Positions 49,123 to 61,865 of a stretch of DNA of 64,000 bases are shown here, piece by piece. The position numbers were made by a program, and so were the translations under genes. The notes below the pieces were generated by a model. The model had not been told where the DNA came from. It did no database searches and saw only the letters and a program-made list of their open reading frames with translations. Source of the DNA: an uncultured SAR86 cluster bacterium (lineage in GTDB: Bacteria > Pseudomonadota > Gammaproteobacteria > Magnimaribacterales > D2472); NCBI GenBank assembly GCA_902559885.1, contig CACEJU010000001.1, forward strand, positions 27,385-91,384. The letters are read 5' to 3'. Within the stretch, counting starts at the first letter, position 1. Each line of letters opens with the position of its first letter.

Positions 49123-50011
49123 TCCAATCCTTATTAATGTACTTTAGCAAACGCTTCTCATATTTTTTCATTTCTTTATCAATCTCATAGTGAAATTGAA
49201 CATTTTTTGGTAAAGATGAGAGTATTGATTTAATTCTTCCTTTGGACTGAAGGCCAAATAAGGTTCCTCTATCATACATAAGGTTAAACTCTACATATCT
49301 TCCCCTTCTGTATTCTTGAAAATTCTTATGATTCTTATTATATAAACATTTGTTCCTTTTATTAGCTATATTCATATAACTATTAATATAAGTATGGGAT
49401 GTCATTTTTAATAAATCTAATGATTTTTCAAGCGAATATTGCTTAAAATTATCAAAAAAGATGCCACCAATACCCCTTCTTTCTTCTCTATGAGGTATAT
49501 AAAAGTATTTATTACAGTTATTTGAGAATTTTTTATATAAACTTCTATTAAAATTAGCTAAATATTCTTTTGAATTATTGTGCCAATCAATGCAATCCTT
49601 TTGATATGGAAAATAGGGCGTTAAGTCATATCCGCCTCCTATCCAAAAATCTATTAAATTATCTTTTTTATCAAATATCCTGAAAATTCGAATATTAAAG
49701 TGGCTGGTTGGTACAAATGGATTTTTTGGATGCGATATGACAGAAACGCCTGTAGCAGAAAATTTACCATTTTTTTTAGTATTTTCTTTTAATGCTGATG
49801 GTGGAAGTTTATTGCCAGATATTGATGAAAAATTAACAGCGCAGTTGTCAAAAAATTTACCAGATTTAATGATGTATGATCTTCCTCCTCCTCCATCTGC
49901 TCTATTCCAAACATCATCATAAACATCTTTTTTAGAACCCTCTAAGCTATTAAAGTTATTAATTATATTGTTTTGAATATCTCTAAAAAAGTTATCTATT
50001 TCTTTGCTCAT
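49115..50011 (-). CDS. hemF: oxygen-dependent coproporphyrinogen-III oxidase
   Basis: The GGGGRS, GGGYDLTPY and RRGRYVEFNLMYDRGTLFGL blocks are present. Confidence 0.95.
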   Translation of the reverse strand: MSKEIDNFFRDIQNNIINNFNSLEGSKKDVYDDVWNRADGGGGRSYIIKSGKFFDNCAVNFSSISGNKLPPSALKENTKKNGKFSATGVSVISHPKNPFVPTSHFNIRIFRIFDKKDNLIDFWIGGGYDLTPYFPYQKDCIDWHNNSKEYLANFNRSLYKKFSNNCNKYFYIPHREERRGIGGIFFDNFKQYSLEKSLDLLKMTSHTYINSYMNIANKRNKCLYNKNHKNFQEYRRGRYVEFNLMYDRGTLFGLQSKGRIKSILSSLPKNVQFHYEIDKEMKKYEKRLLKYINKDWNV

Positions 50012-50572
50012 TTAATCTCTTAAAACCTCTAATGTTTCAACATCAATTAGCTTTGATGGTTTATTATTACCACCCAGCCTCTCATCATAATATGCCACAT
50101 CATTAGATATAAAATATTTTTTAAATTCATCTATTGTATTAAGCTGATCATTTCCAGAAATATTGGCTGATGTAGAGATTATAGGATTTTTAAATCCTTT
50201 ATTTAAAGCTTTTAATGGATAGTGATTACTTACTCTCAGCGCTATCTTGTTTGTATTATTTTGTAAATGATTCGGTAAATTATCATTATATTTAAATAAT
50301 AAAGTTACATGTCCTGGCCAAACTGAATTTACAAAGGCTTTTTGTTTTTCGTTTAAAGGATGTAAAAAGTTTTGAAAGGATTCCAAGCTATTAATTAATA
50401 CGATTAAAGGTTTACTTCTATCTCTTTTTTTTAATAAATAGATCTGATCAACGGCACTCTTGCAAAATGCATCACAACCAATTCCCCATACACCTTCAGT
50501 GGGATGTATTAATATTTTTTCATTTTTAAGCCACTCAATAGAGCGGCTTAAATCAAGTCCATTTGATATCAA
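50012..50572 (-). CDS. tsaC: L-threonylcarbamoyladenylate synthase (YrdC/TsaC type)
   Basis: The YrdC domain has HPTEGVWGIGCD, KPLIVLI and ISTSANISG. The protein is 186 aa. Confidence 0.9.
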   Translation of the reverse strand: MISNGLDLSRSIEWLKNEKILIHPTEGVWGIGCDAFCKSAVDQIYLLKKRDRSKPLIVLINSLESFQNFLHPLNEKQKAFVNSVWPGHVTLLFKYNDNLPNHLQNNTNKIALRVSNHYPLKALNKGFKNPIISTSANISGNDQLNTIDEFKKYFISNDVAYYDERLGGNNKPSKLIDVETLEVLRD

Positions 50573-50574
50573 TA

Positions 50575-51075
50575 TTAACTGTTGAGTTTAGCGTTTTTTT
50601 CCAAAACCTCATTTTTCATATCTTCTTTGAAATTAACAAGTTTTTGTTGTAGTTCGTCATTAGAAGTTGCAAGTATTTGAATAGCTAGAATAGCGCTATT
50701 TTTGGCACCACTTTTACCTACTGCTACTGTTGCAACTGGAACACCTGGCGGCATCATTACTGTTGAAAGCAAAGAATCAATACCACCCATTCCTCCGGAT
50801 TCAATAGGAATACCAATTACAGGGCGAACTGTGTGTGCAGCTAATGCCCCTGCTAAGTGTGCCGCCATGCCTGCGGCCGCTATAAACACTTTACAACCAT
50901 TATTTTCTGAATTTTTTATAAACTCAATAACATCATGTGGTGTTCTATGCGCAGACATAACGTTTTTAGTGTAATTAATGCCAAATTTATCAAAGATAGG
51001 GAACGCAGCTTCAACAACAGGAAGATCTGAATCAGAGCCCATTATTACTGCAACTTCAAGTTTTGTAGTACTCAT
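50575..51075 (-). CDS. purE: N5-carboxyaminoimidazole ribonucleotide mutase
   Basis: The VIMGSDSDLPV, SAHRTP and AGMAAHLAG blocks are present. Confidence 0.96.
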   Translation of the reverse strand: MSTTKLEVAVIMGSDSDLPVVEAAFPIFDKFGINYTKNVMSAHRTPHDVIEFIKNSENNGCKVFIAAAGMAAHLAGALAAHTVRPVIGIPIESGGMGGIDSLLSTVMMPPGVPVATVAVGKSGAKNSAILAIQILATSNDELQQKLVNFKEDMKNEVLEKNAKLNS

Positions 51076-51142
51076 AATAAAATATATAATTGTTAAAAAA
51101 TAAGATTATAATTTATAAAAAATCCCAACAAAAGGTATTTAA

Positions 51143-51649
51143 GTGGTAAATGAATTAAAAATATTAAAATTTCCAGATCCTAGGCTTAGAACTGTTGCAA
51201 GTAAAGTTACAAAATTCGACAAAAGTCTAGAAATATTGGCAAACGATATGCTCGAGCTTATGTATAAAGAAAACGGTATAGGGTTAGCCGCAACTCAAGT
51301 TAATCATCATATAAGGTTAATAACTATAGACATAAGCGAAGAAAGAGATAGCCCTATGATTTTTGTAAATCCAGAATTTGAGATCATAAATGAGGATAGT
51401 CACCTTTCTTTTGAGGAGGGCTGTCTTTCTGTACCAGGTTTTAACGAAGAAATAACTAGGCCAGATAATATAAAGCTTAAATGGCAAGATATTAAAGGTG
51501 AGGAGCACGAAGATATGCCTTCAGGCCTTCTTACTGTGTGCATTCAACACGAAATTGATCATTTAGAGGGTAAATTAATGGTTGATTATGTTTCTCCAAT
51601 TAAAAGAGAACGTATAAAGAAAAAATTGACGAAGATGTACGCTAAATAA
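51143..51649 (+). CDS. def: peptide deformylase
   Basis: The three motifs are GIGLAATQV, EGCLSVPG and QHEIDHLEG. The start is GTG. Confidence 0.96.
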   Translation: MVNELKILKFPDPRLRTVASKVTKFDKSLEILANDMLELMYKENGIGLAATQVNHHIRLITIDISEERDSPMIFVNPEFEIINEDSHLSFEEGCLSVPGFNEEITRPDNIKLKWQDIKGEEHEDMPSGLLTVCIQHEIDHLEGKLMVDYVSPIKRERIKKKLTKMYAK

Positions 51650-51678
51650 GCGAAATTGACGTATTTTAAGAGAATTTA

Positions 51679-52602
51679 TTGAAAGTTTTATTTGCAGGAA
51701 CACCTAAAACATCATCAATTATATTAAAAAATTTAATTGATTTGGGCCATGATGTTATTGGTGTTATTACACAACCTGATAAAAAAAGAGGCAGAAGGGC
51801 TATAGAATCACCTTCTCCTGTATCAGAGATTGCAAAGTCTAATGATATAAAACAATTCAAACCAACTAATTTAAATGATTTAGAGTTTAAAAATAGTATA
51901 TCTAATAATGAGTTTGATGTGCTTATTGTGGTTGCATATGGAAAGATCTTGCCAAAATGGTTATTAGATTTACCAAATATAATGCCTGTTAATATACATT
52001 TTTCACTACTTCCTAAATATAGAGGGGCTTCTCCTATTCAGTCATCGCTTCTAAATGGTGATACAGAAACAGGCATAACATTTATTAAAATGACTGAGGG
52101 TTTAGATTCTGGTGAAATAATTCACAAAGATATTATTAAAATTAAAGAAAATCATAACAAGCTATCCTTAGAAGATGATCTTGTTAATCTTGCAATTATC
52201 AATATTGATAAATTATTTTCTAAATTAAGTGATAAAAAATTAACTTTAATTAAACAAAAAGATGAGCTTGCAACTTACTGCTCAAAGATAAATAAAGAAG
52301 ATTCTTTTATAAATTTTAATATGCGATCAATTGAAATTTATAATATATTTAAAGCATTTTATGAGTGGCCGCTTACAAAATTTATTCATAATGATATTGA
52401 AATAATTATTAGAGATATGTATGTTTCTGAAGATAATTCAAATGCTAAGCCGGGAAGCATGCTTAATTTTTCAAAAGATGGTTTGTCTATTAAAACAATT
52501 GATTCTGCGATAGTAATTACTCACTTACAGTTTCCTGGCAAAAGAACTATTGGCCCTAAGGACATATATAATTCATATAAATCCTTTTTTTTTAATAATT
52601 AA
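51679..52602 (+). CDS. fmt: methionyl-tRNA formyltransferase
   Basis: The N-terminus is VLFAGTP and the formyltransferase block is HFSLLPKYRGASPIQ. The start is TTG and the gene follows def. Confidence 0.95.
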   Translation: MKVLFAGTPKTSSIILKNLIDLGHDVIGVITQPDKKRGRRAIESPSPVSEIAKSNDIKQFKPTNLNDLEFKNSISNNEFDVLIVVAYGKILPKWLLDLPNIMPVNIHFSLLPKYRGASPIQSSLLNGDTETGITFIKMTEGLDSGEIIHKDIIKIKENHNKLSLEDDLVNLAIINIDKLFSKLSDKKLTLIKQKDELATYCSKINKEDSFINFNMRSIEIYNIFKAFYEWPLTKFIHNDIEIIIRDMYVSEDNSNAKPGSMLNFSKDGLSIKTIDSAIVITHLQFPGKRTIGPKDIYNSYKSFFFNN

Positions 52603-52654
52603 ATCTTTATCAAAAAGCTTTCATTTATAACAAAAGAGGTTTAATTTAGCACAT

Positions 52655-54007
52655 ATGAAAATTGTAATCCTTGGTGCTGGCCGAGTAGGTAGCAGTTTAG
52701 CAAAAAACTTATCTACAAGTGACTATGAGATTACAATAATAGATGAGCAGCAAGAACTGCTTAATGACCTTGATGAAAATTATGATTTAGCAATCATTAA
52801 AGGCCACGCATCAAACCCAAAAATACTAGAAAAAGCAGGATTAAATTTTGATTCAATTGTTATTTCTGTAACCAATAATGATGAAGTGAATATAGTTTCA
52901 TGCCAACTTGCAAAAGAAATTTTTAAAGTTAAAAAGACAATATGCAGATTTAAGGATCCTGTTTATTTAGAGTATTTAGAAAAACTTTCGAGTAACCCTG
53001 TTGATGTCGCAATAAGCCCTGAAAACGAGGTGACCTCTCACTTGATTGAATTAATAAACCATCCTGGTGCAGAGCAAATTGAAGAGTTTGCCAGTGGCAA
53101 AGTAAAGTTAGTTTCAGTTAAAGCTAAGAAAAGTGGCAAGCTATACGGCAGAGAACTTAAGCATATAAGTGATGATTTGCCTGAAATTCAGACTTATGTA
53201 CCAGCAATATATAGAAAAAATAAGCCATTTATACCTTCGGGTAAGGACATAATTAAAGAAAATGACGAGGTTTACTTTGTTTCTTCTGCAGAAAATATAG
53301 ATTCAATAGTTGACGAATTTAGAGATCATGAAGAGTCTTACTCGAGGTTAATGATAATTGGCGGGGGGAAAATTGGTTATTCACTTGCAAAATCATTAGA
53401 AGATGACTTTAAAATCAAGATCATAGAAGAGAATATCGAAAGATCTGAAGAAATATCTAAAAAGCTCAATAAAACTATTGTTTTGAATGGCTCTGCTACA
53501 GATGAAATGCTCTTAAAAAGTGAAAATATTTCAAACATAGACGTCTTTTGTGCTTTAACAAATGATGATGAGACTAATGTAATGTCATCTTTGCTAGCAA
53601 AAAAAATGGGTGCAAAGAAGACTATGATAATTTTAAATAACCCTTCATATTTAGGTTTAGTTCCTGGTTTTATTGATATATATATAGCGCCATATAGGCT
53701 TACTGTTTCTTCTGTTCTTCAGGACTTAAGAGAGAGTGATGTAGCTCAAGATGTTATGTTAAAAATGGATTCTGGAGCTGAAGCAATTGAAGGCATTGTT
53801 CATGCTAATGAATATACATCGGAATTGTTTGGTAACCCTGTTACTGATATCTCTATGCCTGAAGGTGCAGCTATAACAGCAATAGTTCGTCATGATAAGG
53901 TTTTGATGCCTTCAGAGGAAATTAAACTTCAAATAAATGACCACCTGATTGTTTTTCTTGCAGATAAAAGCAAAGTTAAAGAACTTGAATTACTTTTTAA
54001 GAATTAA
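52655..54007 (+). CDS. trkA: Trk potassium uptake system protein TrkA
   Basis: The RCK/NAD-binding modules are duplicated, with loops ILGAGRVGSSLA and IIGGGKIGYSLA. The length is 450 aa. Confidence 0.95.
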   Translation: MKIVILGAGRVGSSLAKNLSTSDYEITIIDEQQELLNDLDENYDLAIIKGHASNPKILEKAGLNFDSIVISVTNNDEVNIVSCQLAKEIFKVKKTICRFKDPVYLEYLEKLSSNPVDVAISPENEVTSHLIELINHPGAEQIEEFASGKVKLVSVKAKKSGKLYGRELKHISDDLPEIQTYVPAIYRKNKPFIPSGKDIIKENDEVYFVSSAENIDSIVDEFRDHEESYSRLMIIGGGKIGYSLAKSLEDDFKIKIIEENIERSEEISKKLNKTIVLNGSATDEMLLKSENISNIDVFCALTNDDETNVMSSLLAKKMGAKKTMIILNNPSYLGLVPGFIDIYIAPYRLTVSSVLQDLRESDVAQDVMLKMDSGAEAIEGIVHANEYTSELFGNPVTDISMPEGAAITAIVRHDKVLMPSEEIKLQINDHLIVFLADKSKVKELELLFKN

Positions 54008-55438
54008 ATGAATTTAGGGTCTATTTTTAATCTATTTTCAAAATTAGTTGCCTTTTTTGCTATTTCAATGCTTGTTCCAGCGATTTACGCATTTATAACA
54101 AAAGATGGTTTCTTTATAAGCTTTTTGCTTTCATTTTGCATAATTATTACTCCATCTATTCTAATTTGGGCTACAACTAAAAAATATAAAGAAGATCTTC
54201 AGGCAAAAGATGGATTCTTTGTTATAACATTTTTTTGGCTGATACTGGCTAGTGTTGGATCAATTCCATTTTTATTATATGGAATGGCCCCTATTGATTC
54301 ATTTTTTGAGTCTATGTCTGGTATAACAACTACAGGCGCAACTGTAATCACCGGTTTAGATGAGCTTCCTAGATCATTGCTTCTATATAGACAACTTTTA
54401 CAATGGCTAGGGGGTATGGGCTTGATCGTTCTAGCTATTGCTATCATGCCTATGCTTGGAATAGGTGGCGGCCAAATCTTCAAAACAGATGTTCCTGGAG
54501 CTATGAATGATCAAAAACTTACTCCACGCATAAAAGAAACAGCTCAGTCTTTATGGTTAATATATGTAATTTTAACTATCTTATGCGCAATTTTTTACTT
54601 TTTGAATGGTATGGGCTCTTTTGATGCTATTTCACATGCATTATCTACTGTTTCAATTGGAGGCTTTTCAACTCATGATGAAAGCATTGGTTATTTTAAT
54701 AGCTTTGGTATTGAATTAGTTTGTATTGTTTTTATGCTTTTGTCTGCTCTAAGTTTTGCCCTTCATTACAATGCATACACAAATTTTTCTATTAAGAAAT
54801 ATTTTTACGATCCCGAATCTGGTTTTTTTATTGGAATGTTGTTTTTTATATTTATTATTATTTTGATATCTTCAATGTTTTATGATTTTGGAAGCGTTAC
54901 AAGCATTTTATTTCAAACTGTTTCCATTGTTACTACTACTGGGTTTACAAATGATGATTATAGCTCTTGGCCTCTTTTTGCTTCCTTTTTGCTATTAATT
55001 GGTGCTTTTGTTGGAGCGTGCTCGGGCTCTGTAGGTGGAGGGATTAAGTCTTGGAGGTTTATGATTATGATTAATCATTCAATAATTAATCTTAAAAAGA
55101 TGATACACCCTCATGGAGTTTTTACTCTTAAGCTTGGACCAAATAAAGTTGTTGAAAATGATGTTGCTGCATCGGTTTGGGGTTTCTTCTCAATATACGT
55201 AATTTCTTTTATGATACTTTTGGTTTTAATGCTCTTTACAGGAATGGATTTCTTAACTGCATTCTCAGCAATTGGTGCTTGTTTAAATAACCTGGGTCCT
55301 GGTCTTGGAATGGTGGCTGATTCTTATTCTAGTGTTTCAGACTTTGGCAAAGTAATTTTATCTTTTGCAATGATCTTAGGAAGATTGGAGATATTTACTT
55401 TGCTAGTAATTCTTATACCATCCTTTTGGAGTGACTAA
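54008..55438 (+). CDS. trkH: Trk potassium uptake system protein TrkH
   Basis: The polytopic protein has repeated pore-loop motifs (SGITTTGATV, SIGGFS, TTTGFT, NNLGPG). The start immediately follows the trkA stop. Confidence 0.94.
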   Translation: MNLGSIFNLFSKLVAFFAISMLVPAIYAFITKDGFFISFLLSFCIIITPSILIWATTKKYKEDLQAKDGFFVITFFWLILASVGSIPFLLYGMAPIDSFFESMSGITTTGATVITGLDELPRSLLLYRQLLQWLGGMGLIVLAIAIMPMLGIGGGQIFKTDVPGAMNDQKLTPRIKETAQSLWLIYVILTILCAIFYFLNGMGSFDAISHALSTVSIGGFSTHDESIGYFNSFGIELVCIVFMLLSALSFALHYNAYTNFSIKKYFYDPESGFFIGMLFFIFIIILISSMFYDFGSVTSILFQTVSIVTTTGFTNDDYSSWPLFASFLLLIGAFVGACSGSVGGGIKSWRFMIMINHSIINLKKMIHPHGVFTLKLGPNKVVENDVAASVWGFFSIYVISFMILLVLMLFTGMDFLTAFSAIGACLNNLGPGLGMVADSYSSVSDFGKVILSFAMILGRLEIFTLLVILIPSFWSD

Positions 55439-56295
55439 GGTTTATACGGATCTTCACATCCCGCGGGTGGTCTTCTAAACCTTTTATACTCCCAGCTATA
55501 ATCTTTTATATTTTCTAAAATAATCTTCTCTATTGTATTATTCATTGATAGCAAGTACTTACTTTTATCATATATAGATTTATCAGACTGTGTTAATTTT
55601 ACAGAAATTTTATCTTCCATAGTTGAATTAATATTTGCATATATAACTCTTTGATTTAGCTTCGCAGCTAGCGATGGCATTAATGTAGTCGTATAAGCGG
55701 GTATGCCAAAGAACTCTACATATTCTCCTAAACCCCTTTTTGGAACTTGATCAACAGCCATGCAGACAGACATGCCCTTCTTTGCAGATTTGTATAAATT
55801 TCTAACACCTGACATATTTGCTTGGCTCATTTTTGACATTCCAACTTCTCTATTTTTTTTAACAAAATTTTCTAGAATATTTGATTTAACTTTTTTATAA
55901 ATTGTTGCTGTTTTAATTTGTAAATTAATCCACCTTAATAACATATCAACACTTCTGTTATGAATAGAAATAATTAGAAGTTGGTTGTTTTTATTTTTAT
56001 TGATATTCATTAAATAATTATTCTCTATTCTAAATATTTTATTATTTGAGTTTTTTTTATTTGAGCCCCAAGTGTGAAATGTCTCAAAAAGGCTGATAAC
56101 TGATTCAATAAAGCTTTCTTCGGATAATTTAGTTATTTCTTGGTTTGATTTGTCTTTAAAGGCAAGTTTTAAATTAATGTTTGTTAATCTATAGGAGCTT
56201 GTTTTATTAACAATTCCTATTTTTAAGAAAAATTTAAGCAATAATCTTAATAAATCTCTAGGAAGTAATGAAAGTAATTTAAAAATAGTTTTCAT
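55435..56295 (-). CDS. lipid A biosynthesis late acyltransferase (LpxL/LpxM/LpxP family)
   Basis: An N-terminal membrane segment is followed by the HX4D acyltransferase motif in ISIHNRSVDML. The size is 286 aa. Which late acyltransferase it is cannot be decided. Confidence 0.75.
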   Translation of the reverse strand: MKTIFKLLSLLPRDLLRLLLKFFLKIGIVNKTSSYRLTNINLKLAFKDKSNQEITKLSEESFIESVISLFETFHTWGSNKKNSNNKIFRIENNYLMNINKNKNNQLLIISIHNRSVDMLLRWINLQIKTATIYKKVKSNILENFVKKNREVGMSKMSQANMSGVRNLYKSAKKGMSVCMAVDQVPKRGLGEYVEFFGIPAYTTTLMPSLAAKLNQRVIYANINSTMEDKISVKLTQSDKSIYDKSKYLLSMNNTIEKIILENIKDYSWEYKRFRRPPAGCEDPYKP

Positions 56296-56389
56296 AAAAC
56301 ATACAGTATATAATCACATCTGTAATTATTAAAACAATAACATTTAATAATAAAAGAGACATTTGTTTCTTATTTAACAGGAGTATCAT

Positions 56390-57748
56390 TTGAGCGCAGG
56401 AAAAATGGAAGATTTGGTGTCTTTATGCAAAAGACGTGGGTTTATTTTTCAATCAAGTGAAATATATGGAGGCCTTCAAGGTGTATATGACTATGGGCCG
56501 CTAGGTGTAGAGCTTAAAAATAATCTTAAAGACGCTTGGTGGAGCTCTATGATATATGAAAATGACAATATTGAAGGTCTTGACTCTTCAATCCTAACAA
56601 ATCCTAGTGTTTTAAAGTTTTCTGGACATGAGTCTACTTTTACGGATCCAATGGTTGATTGCAGAGAGTGTAAGTCTAGGTGGAGGGCGGATACATTAGA
56701 TTCAGATAAGTGTCCTGGCTGCGGATCAACAGATTTAACTGACCCAAGGCCTTTTAACTTAATGTTTAAAACCTCAATAGGTCCAGTTGATGATGGTTCA
56801 AATTTTGGCTATTTACGACCAGAAACTGCGCAACAAATTTTTATTAATTTTAAAAATGTTTTAGATTCAACTAATAAAAGCATACCGTTTGGTATAGCAC
56901 AAATAGGTAAGGCATTTAGAAATGAGATAACGCCAAGAAATTTTATTTTTAGAGTTAGAGAGTTTGAACAGATGGAGCTTGAGTTTTTTGTTAAGCCAGG
57001 TACAGATGAAGATTGGCATCAAAAATGGCTAGATAAAAGGTTAGGTTGGTGGGAAGAGCAAGGTGTAAATAAAGATAAGTTAACTATATATAACGTTCCT
57101 AAAGAAGAGTTAGCTCATTACTCTAAAGCAACCTTTGATATTATGTATGAATTTCCACACGGTTCAGAAGAGTTGGAGGGCATAGCTAATAGAACTGATT
57201 TTGATTTAGGTTCTCATTCTAAAAATCAATCTGAGTTTGATATATCTGCGAAAGTAGAAAAAAATAATGAATCTAATTCAAAATTAGCAGTTCATGACTT
57301 AGAAGAAAAAAAATGGTTTATTCCATATGTTATTGAACCATCAGCAGGTGTTGATAGGGGATTCTTAGCAATACTAAATGAAGCATATAATGTTGAGGAT
57401 TTAGGAGAGGGCAAGGAGAGAACTTTATTAAAACTAAAGCCGCATCTCGCACCTATAAAGGCCGCTGTGATACCTTTGAAAAAAAATAATGATGAATTGG
57501 TTGTTTTATCAAAAAAAATAAAAAATGAACTTCAGTCTCTTAATCTTGGTAGGATTCTTTTTGAAAATACAGGCAATATTGGTAAAAGCTATAGAAGGCA
57601 TGATGAAATTGGCACCCCTATTTGTATAACTGTTGATTTTGATAGTCTTGAAAAAGGTACCGTAACTATAAGGCACAGGGACTCAATGAAGCAAGAATTA
57701 GTTAATATAGATGAGCTTGTTAACTTTGTTAAGAATTTTTATGCTTAG
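56390..57748 (+). CDS. glyQS: glycine--tRNA ligase, single-chain (alpha2, GlyQS) type
   Basis: [43 protein letters not shown] is near-identical to the N-terminus of Thermus-type GlyRS as I recall it. Class II motif 2 is [25 protein letters not shown]. The TTG start is preceded by AGGAG at 6 nt. Confidence 0.93.
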   Translation: MSAGKMEDLVSLCKRRGFIFQSSEIYGGLQGVYDYGPLGVELKNNLKDAWWSSMIYENDNIEGLDSSILTNPSVLKFSGHESTFTDPMVDCRECKSRWRADTLDSDKCPGCGSTDLTDPRPFNLMFKTSIGPVDDGSNFGYLRPETAQQIFINFKNVLDSTNKSIPFGIAQIGKAFRNEITPRNFIFRVREFEQMELEFFVKPGTDEDWHQKWLDKRLGWWEEQGVNKDKLTIYNVPKEELAHYSKATFDIMYEFPHGSEELEGIANRTDFDLGSHSKNQSEFDISAKVEKNNESNSKLAVHDLEEKKWFIPYVIEPSAGVDRGFLAILNEAYNVEDLGEGKERTLLKLKPHLAPIKAAVIPLKKNNDELVVLSKKIKNELQSLNLGRILFENTGNIGKSYRRHDEIGTPICITVDFDSLEKGTVTIRHRDSMKQELVNIDELVNFVKNFYA

Positions 57749-57749
57749 A

Positions 57750-60754
<3,005 letters not shown>

Positions 60755-60760
60755 TTATTA

Positions 60761-61864
60761 TTAGATTAATAATGGCATTACTACATATTTATAGTTTTCA
60801 CTGTCTGGTGATGTTATTAAACAACTTTTGTCTGAGCCAAAAAAATGTATGATCACATTCTCGGAATCAATTGATGATAGGATCTCTTGTAAGTAGTTTA
60901 CGTTGAAAGCGATGTCAATAATTTCACCTTCATAAGCACAGTCAATTTGCTCTTCTGCTTGTTCTTTTTCAGGGTTGTTTGCAGATATATTAAGATTATT
61001 GTCTGTGATTCTCATCCTCACACCCCTATACTTTTCACTAGACAAAACACTTACTCTACTTAGGCTTTCTGAGAGATTTTTCTTATTAATAGTAAGTTCT
61101 GAGCTTTCTCCACTTGGTATAACTTGTTCATAATCAGGAAACTTTCCCTCGATGAGTTTGCTTGAAAATTTTGTTTCCCCAGATTCAATAGATATCGATG
61201 ATGATCCTATTTCTAAGGATATGTTTTCGTTTTTATCATTAATAATTTTTGCAATTTCATTTATTGATTTTCTTGGAATTATTCCAGATATTGTCTCTTC
61301 TGATCCTTCATTAACCATTTGGTTTGCTATTGCAAGCCTGTGGGCGTCTGTGGCTACACCTGTTATCTTGGTATCATCAATAACAAGGTATAAACCGTTT
61401 AGATAGTGTCTCCAGTCTTGATTGCCCATAGCAAATGAGGTTTTATTAATGAGCTCTTTAAGGCTTGGTGCTTGGATGCTTGTTTTGTTCTTATCTTCTT
61501 CAATGTCGAAAATAGGGAAATCAGCACTGGGAAGTGTTGCTAGTGAGTATTTTCCTGAGCTTGTTTCAATTTTGAGGTTTTCACCATCTAAAAATACATG
61601 TATTTCACTTAGGTCTGGTAAAAGCCTACATAATTCGCTGAGTTTCTTGGCTGGGGCTGTTGTTTGACCCCCGCTTTTAAAGTTTGTAATTGTTGAAAGT
61701 GTTTCTATTTCAGACTCAAGATCGGTTGCTTTTAGTTTTACAGATGCTTCATCAACAGATATTAAGACATTTGAAAGTATTGGCAGTGTTTGTCTTTTTT
61801 CGACAACACCAAGTGTTGCGCTAAGTGACTTAACTATTTCTTCTTTTGTTATATAAAAATCCAT
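60761..61864 (-). CDS. dnaN: DNA polymerase III beta sliding clamp
   Basis: The 367-aa protein has a three-domain clamp pattern, with an N-terminal LPILSNVLI block and a C-terminus ending YVVMPLLI. It starts 1 nt after the dnaA stop. Confidence 0.96.
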   Translation of the reverse strand: MDFYITKEEIVKSLSATLGVVEKRQTLPILSNVLISVDEASVKLKATDLESEIETLSTITNFKSGGQTTAPAKKLSELCRLLPDLSEIHVFLDGENLKIETSSGKYSLATLPSADFPIFDIEEDKNKTSIQAPSLKELINKTSFAMGNQDWRHYLNGLYLVIDDTKITGVATDAHRLAIANQMVNEGSEETISGIIPRKSINEIAKIINDKNENISLEIGSSSISIESGETKFSSKLIEGKFPDYEQVIPSGESSELTINKKNLSESLSRVSVLSSEKYRGVRMRITDNNLNISANNPEKEQAEEQIDCAYEGEIIDIAFNVNYLQEILSSIDSENVIIHFFGSDKSCLITSPDSENYKYVVMPLLI

Positions 61865-61865
61865 A

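Noticed and set aside
56296-56389. A possible T-box or other leader upstream of the Gram-positive-type glyQS.
   Set aside because: The spacer is only 94 nt and also has to hold the divergent lpxL promoter. No specifier or antiterminator-like stems are visible, and it is too short for a T-box.
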